DNA of 63,348 bases, filler included, from Octopus bimaculoides (Eukaryota), in the NCBI RefSeq assembly GCF_001194135.2. It is 6 parts of 5 records of this genome, joined end to end, with 100 filler letters (N's around TTAATTAATTAA, not from the genome) between each part and the next. Parts side by side here need not be neighbours in the genome. Positions count along the whole stretch, not along the records: positions 1 to 18,433 come from NC_068987.1; 5 more parts are not named here. The stretch is one strand, 5' to 3'. Within the stretch, counting starts at the first letter, position 1. Every line of letters starts with the position of its first letter. Below are positions 1 to 12,906 of this stretch, piece after piece. The notes beneath the pieces were generated by a model. It worked only from the letters and a program-made list of their open reading frames with translations, had not been told where the DNA came from and did no database searches. The translations under genes and the position numbers were made by a program.

Positions 1-51
1 CGCGAGGACATGGAATAAGTATATGCTCAGTAAAGGAAAGAAAAGAAAGAG

Positions 52-90
52 GATTCCACGTTTCGAGCGGAGCTCTTCATCAGAAATATA
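52..90 (-). ncRNA. Hammerhead-ribozyme-like motif, family 1 (minimal type I), non-canonical GUG cleavage triplet
   Basis: Minus strand reads tattt-CTGATGA-A-GAGC-tcc-GCTC-GAAA-CGTG-GAAT: core CUGAUGA and GAAA, 4-bp stem II, palindromic ACGU helix III, about 4-bp stem I. It has an extra A after A9, and position 17 is G instead of H. Confidence 0.55.
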
Positions 91-184
91 GAAAAAAAGT
101 CCAAAGAGGGGAAGACAGAGAAAGAAAATCGCCAACGATACACACGCGGTCACATATTGAAATATATATATATATATATATATA

Positions 185-344
185 TGACGGACTTTCACTC
201 AACCTCAGTCTACTAAGTTCATTCACAAGGCTTCGGTCGGTCTGGAGCTAGTAAAAGACACTTAGCCAAGGTGCCTCGCAGTGGGGCTGAACCTAAGACC
301 ACCTGACCGGGAATCAAGCTTCGTAACCAGACAGCCATGCCTGC
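185..344 (-). mobile_element. tRNA-derived SINE, group B, 5' part
   Basis: Minus strand gcaggcatggctgtctggttacgaagcttg...ggttcagccccactgcgaggcaccttggctaagtgtc; homologous to copies at 6705, 39778 and 52925; A/B-box-like motifs. Confidence 0.8.
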
Positions 345-565
345 ATCTATATGAGTGTGTGTGCGTGTGTGTGTGTATGTGTATGTATGTGTGTGTGTAT
401 GTGCGTGTGTATGTTTGTGTTTGTGCGTGCGAATGAAGAACGCGTCAATGTGTGTATATGTGCGTAAAATGAATGACATTTTAGATTAATTTGTGTTCAT
501 TGAATCCATTTCTGTGTAGGACAGGATGATGGAACAAATTTGTTTTGAATGAATAAAAGACGGAT

Positions 566-920
566 GGAAGGAAGGAAGGAAGGAAGGAAGGAAGGAAGGA
601 AGGAAGGAAGGAAGGAAGGAAGGAAGGAAGGAATGGGTAACTGATGAAATAATGATGGAGGAGAATAATTAAGGAATGAGTTATTAATTAAATAGATGAT
701 AAATGAATCAGTTAGGAAACAACTTGAGTAAATAAGTCACTGAATGAATAATTAAATAATAGACTTAACAAATGAGTAAGAGAAACTATAATTTGAATGA
801 ATGAATGAATGATTGAATGAATGAGTGAATGGACAGAGAAAGGAGTGAATAAATGCGTCGTTACATGAATGAGTGAATACAAATAAATAAATAAATCAGG
901 GAAGGCCTCGATCAATGAAT
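566..920 (+). repeat. (GGAA)n microsatellite followed by degenerate (GAAT)n
   Basis: Pure GGAA run 566-632, then imperfect GAAT/AAAT repeats. Confidence 0.9.
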
Positions 921-963
921 CAATCGTTTTTCGTATTATTTCATACCGTTGTAGTTTCTCACA

Positions 964-1280
964 GGTGAAGGCACGTGACTTGGTGGTTAGTGGTATTCGG
1001 CTCACGATTATGACGTCGGAAGTTCGATTCCCGGCGGCTCGCTTTGTCCTTTGAGCCACTCGAGAATATTATTTCACATTCGTCCAATCCACTGAGCTAG
1101 CAAAAATGAGTTGTACTTGTAACTGTTATAGTCTTTCTCACGCTGTATCACCCCGAGAACTACGTTAAGGATACACGTAATTTTGAAGTGCTCAACCATT
1201 TGCACGTTAATTCCATGAGCATTCTGTTTCTGTTGATCCGATCAACTGAAATCATCGTCGTCGTAAACGACGGAGTGCCA
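964..1280 (+). mobile_element. tRNA-derived SINE, group A (head type 1 + tail X)
   Basis: A-box-like tgacttggtggttag and B-box gttcgattccc; 3' part (ccccgagaactacgttaagg...gtcgtaaacgacggagtgcca) matches 4507-4636. Confidence 0.85.
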
Positions 1281-1555
1281 TCAAAAGAGTTTCTCATAGA
1301 GGAACATTTGAAGTAGTAGAAGTAGTAGTAGTATAGTGTCTGTCGTGGATCAGCTCCAGGCGAGCTCTCCAAACAAGTGCAACTGCGATGAGAAAAGGAG
1401 TTGTAGGTATGGAAATATCTTCCCTTTTGAAAAATGTTTGGCTGCTATTTCTAGCTTGTTGTACTACCACGTAGAAGCACCCTCGACCTGTATTTATAGG
1501 TGATCATAACAGTAGTCAAAACAGATCGATACCTGTGGTGGTTAATTTGGGTCGA

Positions 1556-1556
<1 letters not shown>

Positions 1557-1595
<39 letters not shown>

Positions 1596-1596
1596 T

Positions 1597-1636
<40 letters not shown>

Positions 1637-1807
1637 GTCTCGATAGGTTCATTGAATGACGTAAAACACTTGAATATCAATTGTGCTATTTACAAAAAAT
1701 AAATACAAAAACATTTACTTCCTGTTTCTGTTGTAACGTTTTTTGTTTTATGTCGTTGGAGTTGGTCTTGTTATTGTCTCCCATGCTGATGGTGACAGTG
1801 TTGCTGT

Positions 1808-1839
<32 letters not shown>

Positions 1840-2040
1840 TGGAGGAGGAGGAGGAGGAGGAGGATAATTATGATAATGGTGATGATGCTAAAGCGGATGA
1901 AGTGGAGGCAAAGGTGGATGAGAAGGAGGGGGTCGGAAGGTGGTAGTTATGGTGTTGCTGCTGCAGCTGCTGGTTGTGGTGGTACAGATGGAGTTGCTGA
2001 TGGTGACGACAGCGATGATGGTGATGGTGATGGTGATGAA

Positions 2041-2071
<31 letters not shown>

Positions 2072-2372
2072 GTAGTGGTGGTGGTGTTGGTGGTGGTGGT
2101 GGTGATGTCGTGGTGGTGATGATGTCATGGTGGTGGTGGTGCTGNNNNNNNNNNNNNNNNNNNNNNNNNNNNNNNNNNNNNNNNNNNNNNNNNNNNNNNN
2201 NNNNNNNNNNNNNNNNNNNNNNNNNNNNNNNNNNNNNNNNNNNNNNNNNNNNNNNNNNNNNNNNNNNNNNNNNNNNNNNNNNNNNNNNNNNNNNNNNNNN
2301 NNNNNNNNNNNNNNNATGATGAGGAAGAGAAGGAGGAAGAGGAGGCTAGTGATATAGGGGTGATGTTGATGA

Positions 2373-2406
<34 letters not shown>

Positions 2407-2470
2407 GGTGGTGGTGGTGGTGGCGGTGCTGCTGCTGGTGGTGCTGGTGGTGTTGGTGGAGTGGCTAGTG
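1557..2470. repeat. Trinucleotide microsatellite cluster (TAC)n, (GAT)n, (GAG)n, (GGT)n around an N gap
   Basis: Direct inspection; explains the poly-M/D/E/H ORFs at 1681-2357. Confidence 0.9.
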
Positions 2471-2698
2471 ATGGTAAAGATGTAGTGGGGTGATATCAGA
2501 TGGAAAATGGGAGTAACTGGAAGTGTGTAGGTTTACTGATGGTGCATTGGAGGGACTGCAATACCATTGTTAATGACGAGAGTGGTTGGAATGGTAGTAG
2601 GAGGAGTTGCTGTTATATAGGTGGCTGCTTCAGTAATGCTATTTATGGCACCGAGTGCAAACGTAGGTAATCATCCACCAGAAACAATAGCAGTGTGC

Positions 2699-3092
<394 letters not shown>

Positions 3093-3741
3093 TCGCTGTT
3101 GATTCTCTTCAATTAGCTTGTCTGGCACACCTACTTAGGTACATATGTCACACGAATAATGAACAATGTAAAAGTGTTCAGCTGAAACCCTTCATATTGT
3201 GTTTAATGTTACATGCAATTAATATTTGATCTTAGAATAGATGTGAAATAAAAGAAACAATAGAGTGCTAGAGGAATACATTCTTCACACACTTTAATTC
3301 CACCGCTCTCTATTCATTTCAAACTTCTGTGGCTGAAGTCAATAAGGTAGATATTCGGAACATACCAGAATAGACTGGAATTGACTAGAATGGACTAGAA
3401 TCAATTCTATCGACAATTACCAATTTTCTTATACATTTATCACCTTGTACCAATGTTGGAAATCAATAGTTAATCAAGTACAAGACGATAAATTTAGAAA
3501 TAACGTTGACTGATTAAGAGAATAGATTGAAAAAAAAAAAACACCTTGAGATATTTAGTTATGTTTTTTTCCGTTCTGACCTTTAAATACTGTGAAGAAC
3601 TGGAGCCGATATAAGAGACTATACCTCTCCCTATTTAGACAATTTTGCTCCTTTGTAAAAAAAACCAAGGTTTTATTAAATAATATATGGATAGCGTCGG
3701 CCTAAGCAACAGAACAGTACAGTTATGCCTATTTTATAGCA

Positions 3742-3798
<57 letters not shown>

Positions 3799-4271
3799 NN
3801 NNNNNNNNNNNNNNNNNNNNNNNNNNNNNNNNNNNNNNNNNNNNNNNNNNNNNNNNNNNNNNNNNNNNNNNNNNNNNNNNNNNNNNNNNNNNNNNNNNNN
3901 NNNNNNNNNNNNNNNNNNNNNNNNNNNNNNNNNNNNNNNNNNNNNNNNNNNNNNNNNNNNNNNNNNNNNNNNNNNNNNNNNNNNNNNNNNNNNNNNNNNN
4001 NNNNNNNNNNNNNNNNNNNNNNNNNNNNNNNNNNNNNNNNNNNNNNNNNNNNNNNNNNNNNNNNNNNNNNNNNNNNNNNNNNNNNNNNNNNNNNNNNNNN
4101 NNNNNNNNNNNNNNNNNNNNNNNNNNNNNNNNNNNNNNNNNNNNNNNNNNNNNNNNNNNNNNNNNNNNNNNNNNNNNNNTTGATCTTGAGTCTACTTAAA
4201 ACCAATGAACATTTCTTCTAGATACGACAGACAGAAGTAGCATATTTTTACAGGGTTATATTTTTACATAA

Positions 4272-4636
4272 TGGCCCAGTGGTTAGGGCAGCGGACTCGC
4301 GGTCGTGGGATCGCTGTTTCGATTCCCAGACCGGGCGTTGCGAGTGTTTATTGAGCGAAAACACCTAAAGTTCCACAAGGCTCCAGCAGGGGACGGTGGC
4401 GAACCCTGCTGTACTCTTTCACCACAACTTTCACTCTTTCTTCCTGTTTCTGTTGTACATGTATTTGAAAGGACCAGCCTTGTCACACTCTGTGTCACGC
4501 TAAATCTCCCCGAGAACTACGTTAAGGGTATACGTGTCTGTGGAGTGCTCAGCCACTTGCACGTTAATTTCACGAGCAGGCTGTTCCGTTGATCGGATCA
4601 ACTGGAACCCTCGTCGTCGTAACCGACGGAGTGCCA
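4272..4636 (+). mobile_element. tRNA-derived SINE, group A (head type 2 + tail X), apparently full length
   Basis: tggcccagtggttagggcagcggactcg...gtttcgattccc head; tail shared with 964-1280; head and body shared with 58830-58995; flanked by 16-nt atatttttacagggtt repeats. Confidence 0.9.
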
Positions 4637-6704
4637 ATCATATTTTTACAGTGTTAAAATTTTTACAGTGTTATATTTTTACAGGGTTATATTTTCACAT
4701 GATATATTTGATCAGGCGAAAGGGAGAGCAAGCCCAACCAAAATAGGTTTTAAACTTGCTCTCTCTCTCTGTCCGATCGAATATCATAAGAAGTAAACTT
4801 TGTAACGAGTCAACCAAAGAATCACATAATGTTCACTTAGAAAAATAAACCACCCTCAAAATACACCTTAACAATTTTTTTAAAGTAAAGGCATTTAGAT
4901 ATTTAAAGCTCGAGAACAAAATAATATTATCATGTCTTGGATGCCTTTCATCACAAGATTTTATTTACTCATGACTGACTAAGGACGAGAGAACAAGTCA
5001 ACATTCTACCTAGAGGAGAAACACGTTTTCACCGTTTAATTATGTATCTCCATTATTGACTAAAATGATTCCGTGTTGATACTACTTTGAAAGAAAATAA
5101 TATTCAGTGCAGTAAATATGAATATAACTGAGATAGTAGGGGACAAGACGAAATTTAAAGAAGAAATTACGTATGGGAAACACATTTTTGATATTACAAT
5201 ATTAGGAACAAAATTTTGATATTAAATGCAAGGACAGATGAATTTTTAGAGCGAAGGACAACAAACTGGAGGTAAGGTCAGCTATTCGTTAAACTGTCAC
5301 CGGCACTGTGTTTAGTTCGTGATGAAGGGAATCATCTCACAACAACAGTTTACAAACTTCCAGTAAATTATATCCGCCACTCCAGTTTTGTTTCACTGTT
5401 GAGACACTTCAGTTAACTTCTTCTTTGCACCTGTTATGTCGATAGCTTGGCAAAACAGTTTTGGTTCCCAATTAAATTTTCAATATAATTCCATTTACTT
5501 TACTTTTACTCTCAGAAGTCAAGCAATCTCATTCCTCTCCGCTATGAAATAGTAATATCTGAAAAGTGCTAGTTTATATTCTATTATAGATGCAACACTA
5601 TATTCTAAGGAGGGAATTTTTCTGCTATTCACTGCAGCGAGGTTGCTAAAATATACGTGTAATATGCATGAATTCCTTACCTGTTGCTACTCCTCTTCGA
5701 ACAGAATTGACCGTAATTTAAGAAGAAAAAAAATAATAATAATGAAATTAGCCACTGAAGGTAATATTTCAAAATTTATTTCTGTAGAACCAATATCCAT
5801 CATCACTTTTATCTTTCCTACAATTAAAATAAAGGACCGATAAATCAACAATTTCATTTCAAAGCGTTAAAATCCGAAAGTGTGGCTCATTGCCAATGAC
5901 CAATCAAGTTGTTCTTTATTTCTGTCAGTACGAACAGGAAATTAAAGCAATTTTTTTTTTCGTCAGACCCTGTGAAGGTTATTCTGTCCTAACTTCCGAC
6001 CATAAAATTTCCTGTCTTAGATACTGAAAACAAAAACTGTGTATTTTGCTGTTAACTCCATTGTCAGAAAAAGCTAGTCATTTGAAATAGTTGGGCAAGT
6101 TCTGATATAATTAGAACTGAAACAACTACAATAAGCTTAACAACAATAAAAGCAACACCAGAAATAGCAACAACAATAGCTATAGTAATAAACGCCAAAA
6201 TACAATAACAACTATAATGGTAACAGCATCGATAGAAAGCTAAATAACGATTTATTGTTCAGTGGTGAAATAAAATTTTCATTCTTTCTAATTGTTTTGG
6301 AGGTTATTTATCGTTACACACACATGTATATACACACAAATACATACATATATACACATACACGCACGTGCACACACAAACACAAGCACGCACATACACA
6401 CACACACACACATACACACACGGTGGGACTATTTATTCTCAGTGGGGTTATTGGCTTAGGTTCAAAATAACTGCAGCATAGTTAATATCAGAACAAAATG
6501 TAAACTAATAATATTACAGAAACAAAGGAAATAACTTATAGCTAAGTGGATATAAGGTTTACCCAATAACCAGGTGGTTCTAGGTTCACTTTCAGTGCAC
6601 AGTACTTTGGGCATGTGTTATGTATGCATAATACTTTGTCTGTTGTATTTTTATAATGTATTTTTGTTTCTGTCTTAGTATACAAAATTATGTGTGCAGG
6701 CATG

Positions 6705-6815
6705 GTTGTGTGGGAAAAACATAGCTTCCCAGCCACGGGTTTCGGGTTCAGTCCCACTGCGAGGCATCCTGGGTAAGTGTCTATAGTACCAGGCCAACCA
6801 AAGACGTGTGAATGC
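6705..6815 (+). mobile_element. Degenerate group B SINE head
   Basis: gcaggcatggttgtgtggg...gggttcagtcccactgcgaggcatcctgggtaagtgtc matches 185-344 and 52925. Confidence 0.75.
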
Positions 6816-7190
6816 ATCCGTGTTCTCACATCCGTGTGTGTATGTGTGTGTGCTCGCTTTCGTATGTGTGCGCGCGCGCGCGCGTGTGTTCGTATTCGTG
6901 TCTTACCCAATGTTTAAGAAATGGTATTGGTTTGTTTACGTCCCCATAAATTTGCAGTTCGGCAACCAAATAAAGCTCAAAAGTTAAAAGATGTAAAACC
7001 TGATCAAACGTTTGTTTCAATAATGTTGTTTGCTGGTGTTTTTTTTTCTTTCATAGATGTTAGGGTACATTAGTGTGTAAATAAATGAGAATGAATATAT
7101 GGGCAACCATATAAGGATATTGTTGTAAACAATAATATCAAGTGGCAAAGCATGCGTAAAAATACCATGAGGTAAGAAATTATTATTAAT

Positions 7191-7466
7191 TAATAATTAA
7201 TAGTACTACAGGTAGCACTAGCACGCTAAAATTAGCAGTCAGAATGCAACTACAACCACAAATTTTCACTTATGCACGTTAATTGAAGTCGGGGGAATGA
7301 GCAAAAATTTTAAGACCTAGTAACAATAACGAAAAGAATCGTAAATTGAATTTTTACTCATTCCCCTGACTTCAATTAATATGTATCAGTGAACATTTAT
7401 GGTTTTAATTACCTTCTAATGGTATTTGTAGCGTACCAGTGCTTCCTGTAGTACCCTTAATTATTA
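7191..7466. mobile_element. MITE-like fold-back element, copy 1
   Basis: About 42-nt imperfect terminal inverted repeats (taataattaa(ta/gg)gtactacagg(t/a)agcact...) plus an internal ~29-nt inverted repeat (aattgaagtcgggggaatgagcaaaaatt); TA-rich flanks; no ORF. Confidence 0.7.
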
Positions 7467-7860
7467 ATATATATANNNNNNNNNNNNNNNNNNNNNNNNN
7501 NNNNNNNNNNNNNNNNNNNNNNNNNNNNNNNNNNNNNNNNNNNNNNNNNNNNNNNNNNNNNNNNNNNNNNNNNNNNNNNNNNNNNNNNNNNNNNNNNNNN
7601 NNNNNNNNNNNNNNNNNNNNNNNNNNNNNNNNNNNNNNNNNNNNNNNNNNNNNNNNNNNNNNNNNNNNNNNNNNNNNNNNNNNNNNNNNNNNNNNNNNNN
7701 NNNNNNNNNNNNNNNNNNNNNNNNNNNNNNNNNNNNNNNNNNNNNNNNNNNNNNNNNNNNNNNNNNNNNNNNNNNNNNNNNNNNNNNNNNNNNNNNNNNN
7801 NNNNNNNNNNNNNNNNNNNNNNNNNNNNNNNNNNNNNNNNNNNNNNNNNNNNNTATATAT

Positions 7861-8090
7861 TAATAATTAAGGGTACTACAGTAAGCACTGGCACGCTACA
7901 AATACCATCTAGAAGGCAACTAAAACCACTGATACACATTAATTGAAGTCAAGGGAACGAGCAAAAATTCAATTTACGATTCTTTTAGTTATTCTTACTG
8001 GATTTTAGAATTTTTGCTCATTCCCCCGACTTCCATTAACGTGTATAAGTGAAAAATTGTGGTTGTAGTTGCATTCTGAATGCTAATTTT
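7861..8090. mobile_element. MITE-like fold-back element, copy 2, inverted relative to copy 1 and truncated
   Basis: Reverse complement aligns to about 7225-7466 with scattered substitutions and a small deletion. Confidence 0.7.
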
Positions 8091-9339
8091 ATATACATAT
8101 ATATATTCAAGTATGAATTAGAAGTCAGCTCGAGTATATAAACAAAATCAACCTGACATACACAAGGTGCATATAGTCGTAAGGCTTCGTGCTGTTATAT
8201 ATGATTAATTCTTTGTCCGTTGTATTTTTATAATGTCTCTTTGCTTTTATCTTCGTATACATTCGCTAGCTTTTCCCAGTAGCTTAATAACAGCACTGGC
8301 GCTTCCAAAATTGTGTAGTCTCAATGGTAATGGCGCGAAACCACCTTGATATTTTGGGTCAATGACTAACGAGGAAAACTCAGCTGCGAATATTCCGTGT
8401 ATGGTGTTTTTGTCTAAATTTCCCGTCCAGTAAGTTTTCGTATAGTTTCCCGTTTACTCTACTTTCATCTAACCTTTTCTTCTTGTTGTATTCTTTCTGT
8501 TCAACCTTTGATATCTAAATATATATATATATATATATATATAATCATCAGTAACGAAACGACAATGATATATTTAGTTACAGTAATTCGCTTATTTGTT
8601 TAGCAGTCAGCAACAAGACCAATGAACGTGAATGGCCGGTAATTATTGCTGCAACGTAGCTTTACAGAAACGAGTATTGACAACTACAATAAGAACAGAA
8701 AAATAAAGGCGTGAGGAGAGAATATTTTCACATACATACATGCGTACATATATACATACATACATGCATACATACATACATACATACATACATACATACA
8801 TACATACATACATAGATTCCCTGCTCATCATTATCCGTAATGATAAAACTTTCTACTACCATTTGATTTTCATTTTGTCGAGAGACTTATCTGAGGGAAA
8901 CTGTACTTAAATGAAATTTTAGCTGACAGATTATATTAACTGTTAGACTGACATTCATGCTTGTTCCAGTTATTTAGGAAGGTGATGGACATAAAATGAA
9001 TAAATAGGAAGCGGCACAAGCAAGGATTATTTTTCTCTTTTTGACCTCTTCTTTGTTTACTTTTGTTAGGTAGATGTTCGTCACACATCTCACTTCTCAA
9101 ATTGATGAAATCAATAACTGTGGAGTTTATCAATGTCTGATTATTTTGTAAACGATTTGATCAAAAGAGAAAGAGCAGAGCCCATAACAGGCTGTCAGGG
9201 TGTCCTGGATTGCCTGGAGGAAGAGAAGAAATTATTCTCAGACAAGAGGCTAAGTCTAGATACATGAAATAATGTTTATTCAACCGAAGGCATCCAAAGG
9301 TCAAAAGGTAGCGTTAGTATCGTGCGATTGCTACCCAAG

Positions 9340-9490
9340 AACGAGAACTGTCCTTCCCATGTGCATCTACGCAATTTCTATCTGCTAAATTTTACATATA
9401 ATGCTTTAGTCAATTCGAAGAGATAGTGTTGACGATCCTGGTAGACATAGTTGCAAAGCTAACATCATTACCACACGGCCATACCTGCGC
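9340..9490 (-). mobile_element. Highly degenerate group B-like SINE
   Basis: accacacggccatacctgcgc is the reverse complement of the group B head; tttctatctgctaaattt resembles its body. Confidence 0.45.
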
Positions 9491-10382
9491 TCATAAAGTG
9501 AATTTAGATTGAATTTTATCGACTTTATCTAATTCATTCGCTCAATTCACACAATTTCAATTATCAAACAGACGCTAATTAGATACATACACAACGCTTT
9601 AATACACTTGGAACATCTGGAGTTGGTCTGGAAAGTTCTATTTAAACAAATGCCCCTACACCTTTTCCTACCTCCTTAATGCTTGAGGTATAAGAAAGAT
9701 GGAGATCTTGATTTTCCTGTGCAAACTACAAAGCAGGAGAGCAAATATAGTTTGTTTGTAAAATTTTGTTGAATGGTTGCATAAGGAATAATTATTTCCT
9801 CCTGTGATCACCATTATGCAATTAACATTATTACTTCTGAAGAAGCGAGCGCCGTAGATGCAATTTTGCAGGAAGTGACTATGTTTCTATATTGTAACGG
9901 TCTTTCTTTATCAACTTTTCTAGCTTTGTGATCGATATGAATGTCATTAAATCCTATTCCGTGTACTCCTGTAAGATATGGACTTTTTGTGATATCACTT
10001 GAAAATATTGATTAGAATTTAGATGAAAGAGCAACCTGTCTTTTGAACAGATGTTTCTTCGTCACAAATTCAGCTTGCTGGGTTAGTAGCATAATCTGCG
10101 ACAGACTTTTCATAACGATTTTTGTGATAAACAGTGTCGTTTGTTAAAGGATTCTGACTGCAAATGGGCGTTTGCACGAATCCAGCGATACATATACTAC
10201 AACGAGATATTTTTGTTAGAAGAAAACAGTTTATCACTTTTCTCGCCACTCAGCGATATATAATGGGGAAAGATTTATATACATACACACACATAAACAC
10301 ACAGACTCATACATACATACACACACACCCACGTACATACATACATATGTATGTGGTGGTGGTGGTGGTGTGTGTGTGTGTC

Positions 10383-10428
<46 letters not shown>

Positions 10429-11681
10429 CGTGTGCGTGTGCGTACAAGTAAATACACGATGGCCTCCCCACCGCTCATTTTTATCTACGAAACTTTATTC
10501 ACAAACCATTGGTCATTTCATGACAAACGTAAAAAGCACTTACTTAAGGGGTGCAGAGAGATTGAACTTAGAATTAAGTAGTTGTGAAGCAAACTTTTTA
10601 AACCACCATGGAATACCAGCAAGTATGATGGTGATATAGATGTTTAATTGTTTTCATAGATACAGAGGCAAAAATGTAAGAAAGACAGAAGGAAAGAAGG
10701 AAATAACTAAAGAAAGTAAAAGATATACACAAGAAAAAATATGACACAAATCTCTTTATTTAGACCTTTCAGTCGTTATCATCTCTTCAATTTTTCAAAC
10801 ACAGTGTATCTAGAGGTACATTATCTGAAGTTACCTTTTTGGGTGTTTTTTTTTTTTAATTTTATTTTTTTAGGATAATATCGTATAATTTGGAGATGGT
10901 TTAGCTGTTAATCCCTGCAAGTCATGTGACTACATAGAAGTTTTCTTTTTACCTCGTGGTTGATGTTAGTGCCGTTGTTGTTGATATTTAGCTCCAGGTC
11001 AGCCTTAGTTGAACAGATCTGTAGTCGAAGACGCTCCCGTTTACGTAGATTCACCCCCAGCCCCCACCCCCACACACACACACACTTTACATCCCGTCAT
11101 TACTCCACCCCCGCTACACAGCACATAATTAATGCCTTTCTTTTCCGACAAGCAATTGCCAGCAGGTTGTACAATCTTGTAGAGGCTTTTTAGTTTGTCA
11201 GTTGACAAATTGTAGATAGACACAAGGAAATAGACATGGAAAAAAGAAATTACGGAAACAAATAAACGACACACAGAGAGAAAGAAGGAAAGAAACTGAG
11301 ATAGCAGGTAAAATCAGAGAATATATTGGAGGTTTCTAGAAAATGGATGTAAGCGTAAATATATATATATATATATATATATAGCAGCCGACAGACAGCT
11401 ATGCGTGATTTGTCAGTTAATATTTGAGTCTGACGACATAACGTGTTTTGCGTTGAGATATTTGCTTGGAAATGCATTTGTCGGAAACACACTTAATATT
11501 TTTAGTGTATACATTATGAACTGACATATGAATATGCGTATGTGCGTGTGTGCGTGTGCGCGCGCGTATGAGTGTGTGTGTGTATGTGTGTGTGTGTGGG
11601 TGTCTGCAGTTATAAACATACATATTCGTACGCTCCACTCGAAAACGCATGCTTATAAAAAATACACAGATACATACATTC

Positions 11682-11771
<90 letters not shown>

Positions 11772-11884
11772 TATTTAAATATGCAAATATATGTTTGTTT
11801 TTATGTGTGTATATATGTGTGAATGAGCGTGTGAGGACAAGGAGAGAAATAGAGAAAGGATTCTAGTTCCATAGAAAGACGTGT

Positions 11885-12200
11885 GTGTTCGTATGTATGT
11901 ATGTAAGTATGTATATATTTATAAATATATGTATCCATTTATGTATGTATGTATGTATGTATCCATTTATGTATATATGTATGTATGTATGTATTTATAA
12001 ATATATGTATCCATTTATGTATGTATGTATGTATGTATTTATAAATATATGTATCCATTTATGTATGTATGTATGTATGTATGTATGTATAAATATATGT
12101 ATCCATTTATGTATGTATGTATGTATGTATGTATCCATTTATGTATGTATGTATGTATGTATGTATGTATGCATGTATGTATGCATGTATGTTAGTATAT
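11885..12200. repeat. Higher-order minisatellite of (TATG)n interleaved with tttataaatatatgtatccattta units
   Basis: gtatccatttatg recurs six times and ataaatatatgtatccattt four times, separated by variable TATG runs. Confidence 0.85.
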
Positions 12201-12326
12201 ACCCATACATTTATACTTGCATAAATTTCCTCGTTTTTGGTTAATGGAAATGATGGCGTTTCAATTATATTCCCTTTTCACATTCTATTTCCCAGCGAAT
12301 GGTAAATATACACATATGTGCACTTG

Positions 12327-12393
<67 letters not shown>

Positions 12394-12446
12394 ATACATG
12401 TTTATGTATATGTGTCTTTGTTAACGTTTATCTGTTTCTAACACAG

Positions 12447-12506
12447 GTCCGCTCGTTTTTGCACGGACGCGACCGAAACGTTGGACCAATTGATGCAGTG
12501 TTACCT
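12447..12506 (+). CDS. Candidate 60-nt internal exon, product unknown
   Basis: Branch-like ctaac with pyrimidine tract and acag acceptor; ct|gtgagc donor; length divisible by 3; two open frames (VRSFLHGRDRNVGPIDAVLP or SARFCTDATETLDQLMQCY). Confidence 0.4.
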
Positions 12507-12874
12507 GTGAGCTTAAATAACAATCCCAAACACCCGTTTCCTGCTTTGACTCAGAACGCAAAGAATCATATCTTCTTTTTTTTTTTGCTGTCCAATATCA
12601 TTACTACACAAGAAGCAGAAAAGGTAACGTTGACCTCAACAATATTTAGTCTCAGAGCGCAGAAAACCGCAACAGTTATTGCAAAGCAATCTATACGAAG
12701 ATTTAATGACTCTGCCATTTCATAGCCTTCATAAATATAAGTGAAGGTGAATGTGTTTATATATGAACGTATGTGACAGTGTGTTACTGTGTCACTGTGC
12801 ACATGTGTGTGTTTATTCGCACATATGAACTATATATACGCATATATGTGTAAACACAAACATAAACAGGCAGC

Positions 12875-12906
<32 letters not shown>

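Noticed and set aside
6903-7020. Minus-strand segment with AG and G|gtaaga splice-like ends
   Set aside because: It is a degenerate group B SINE tail (tttatttggttgccgaactgc...ggggacgtaaac).
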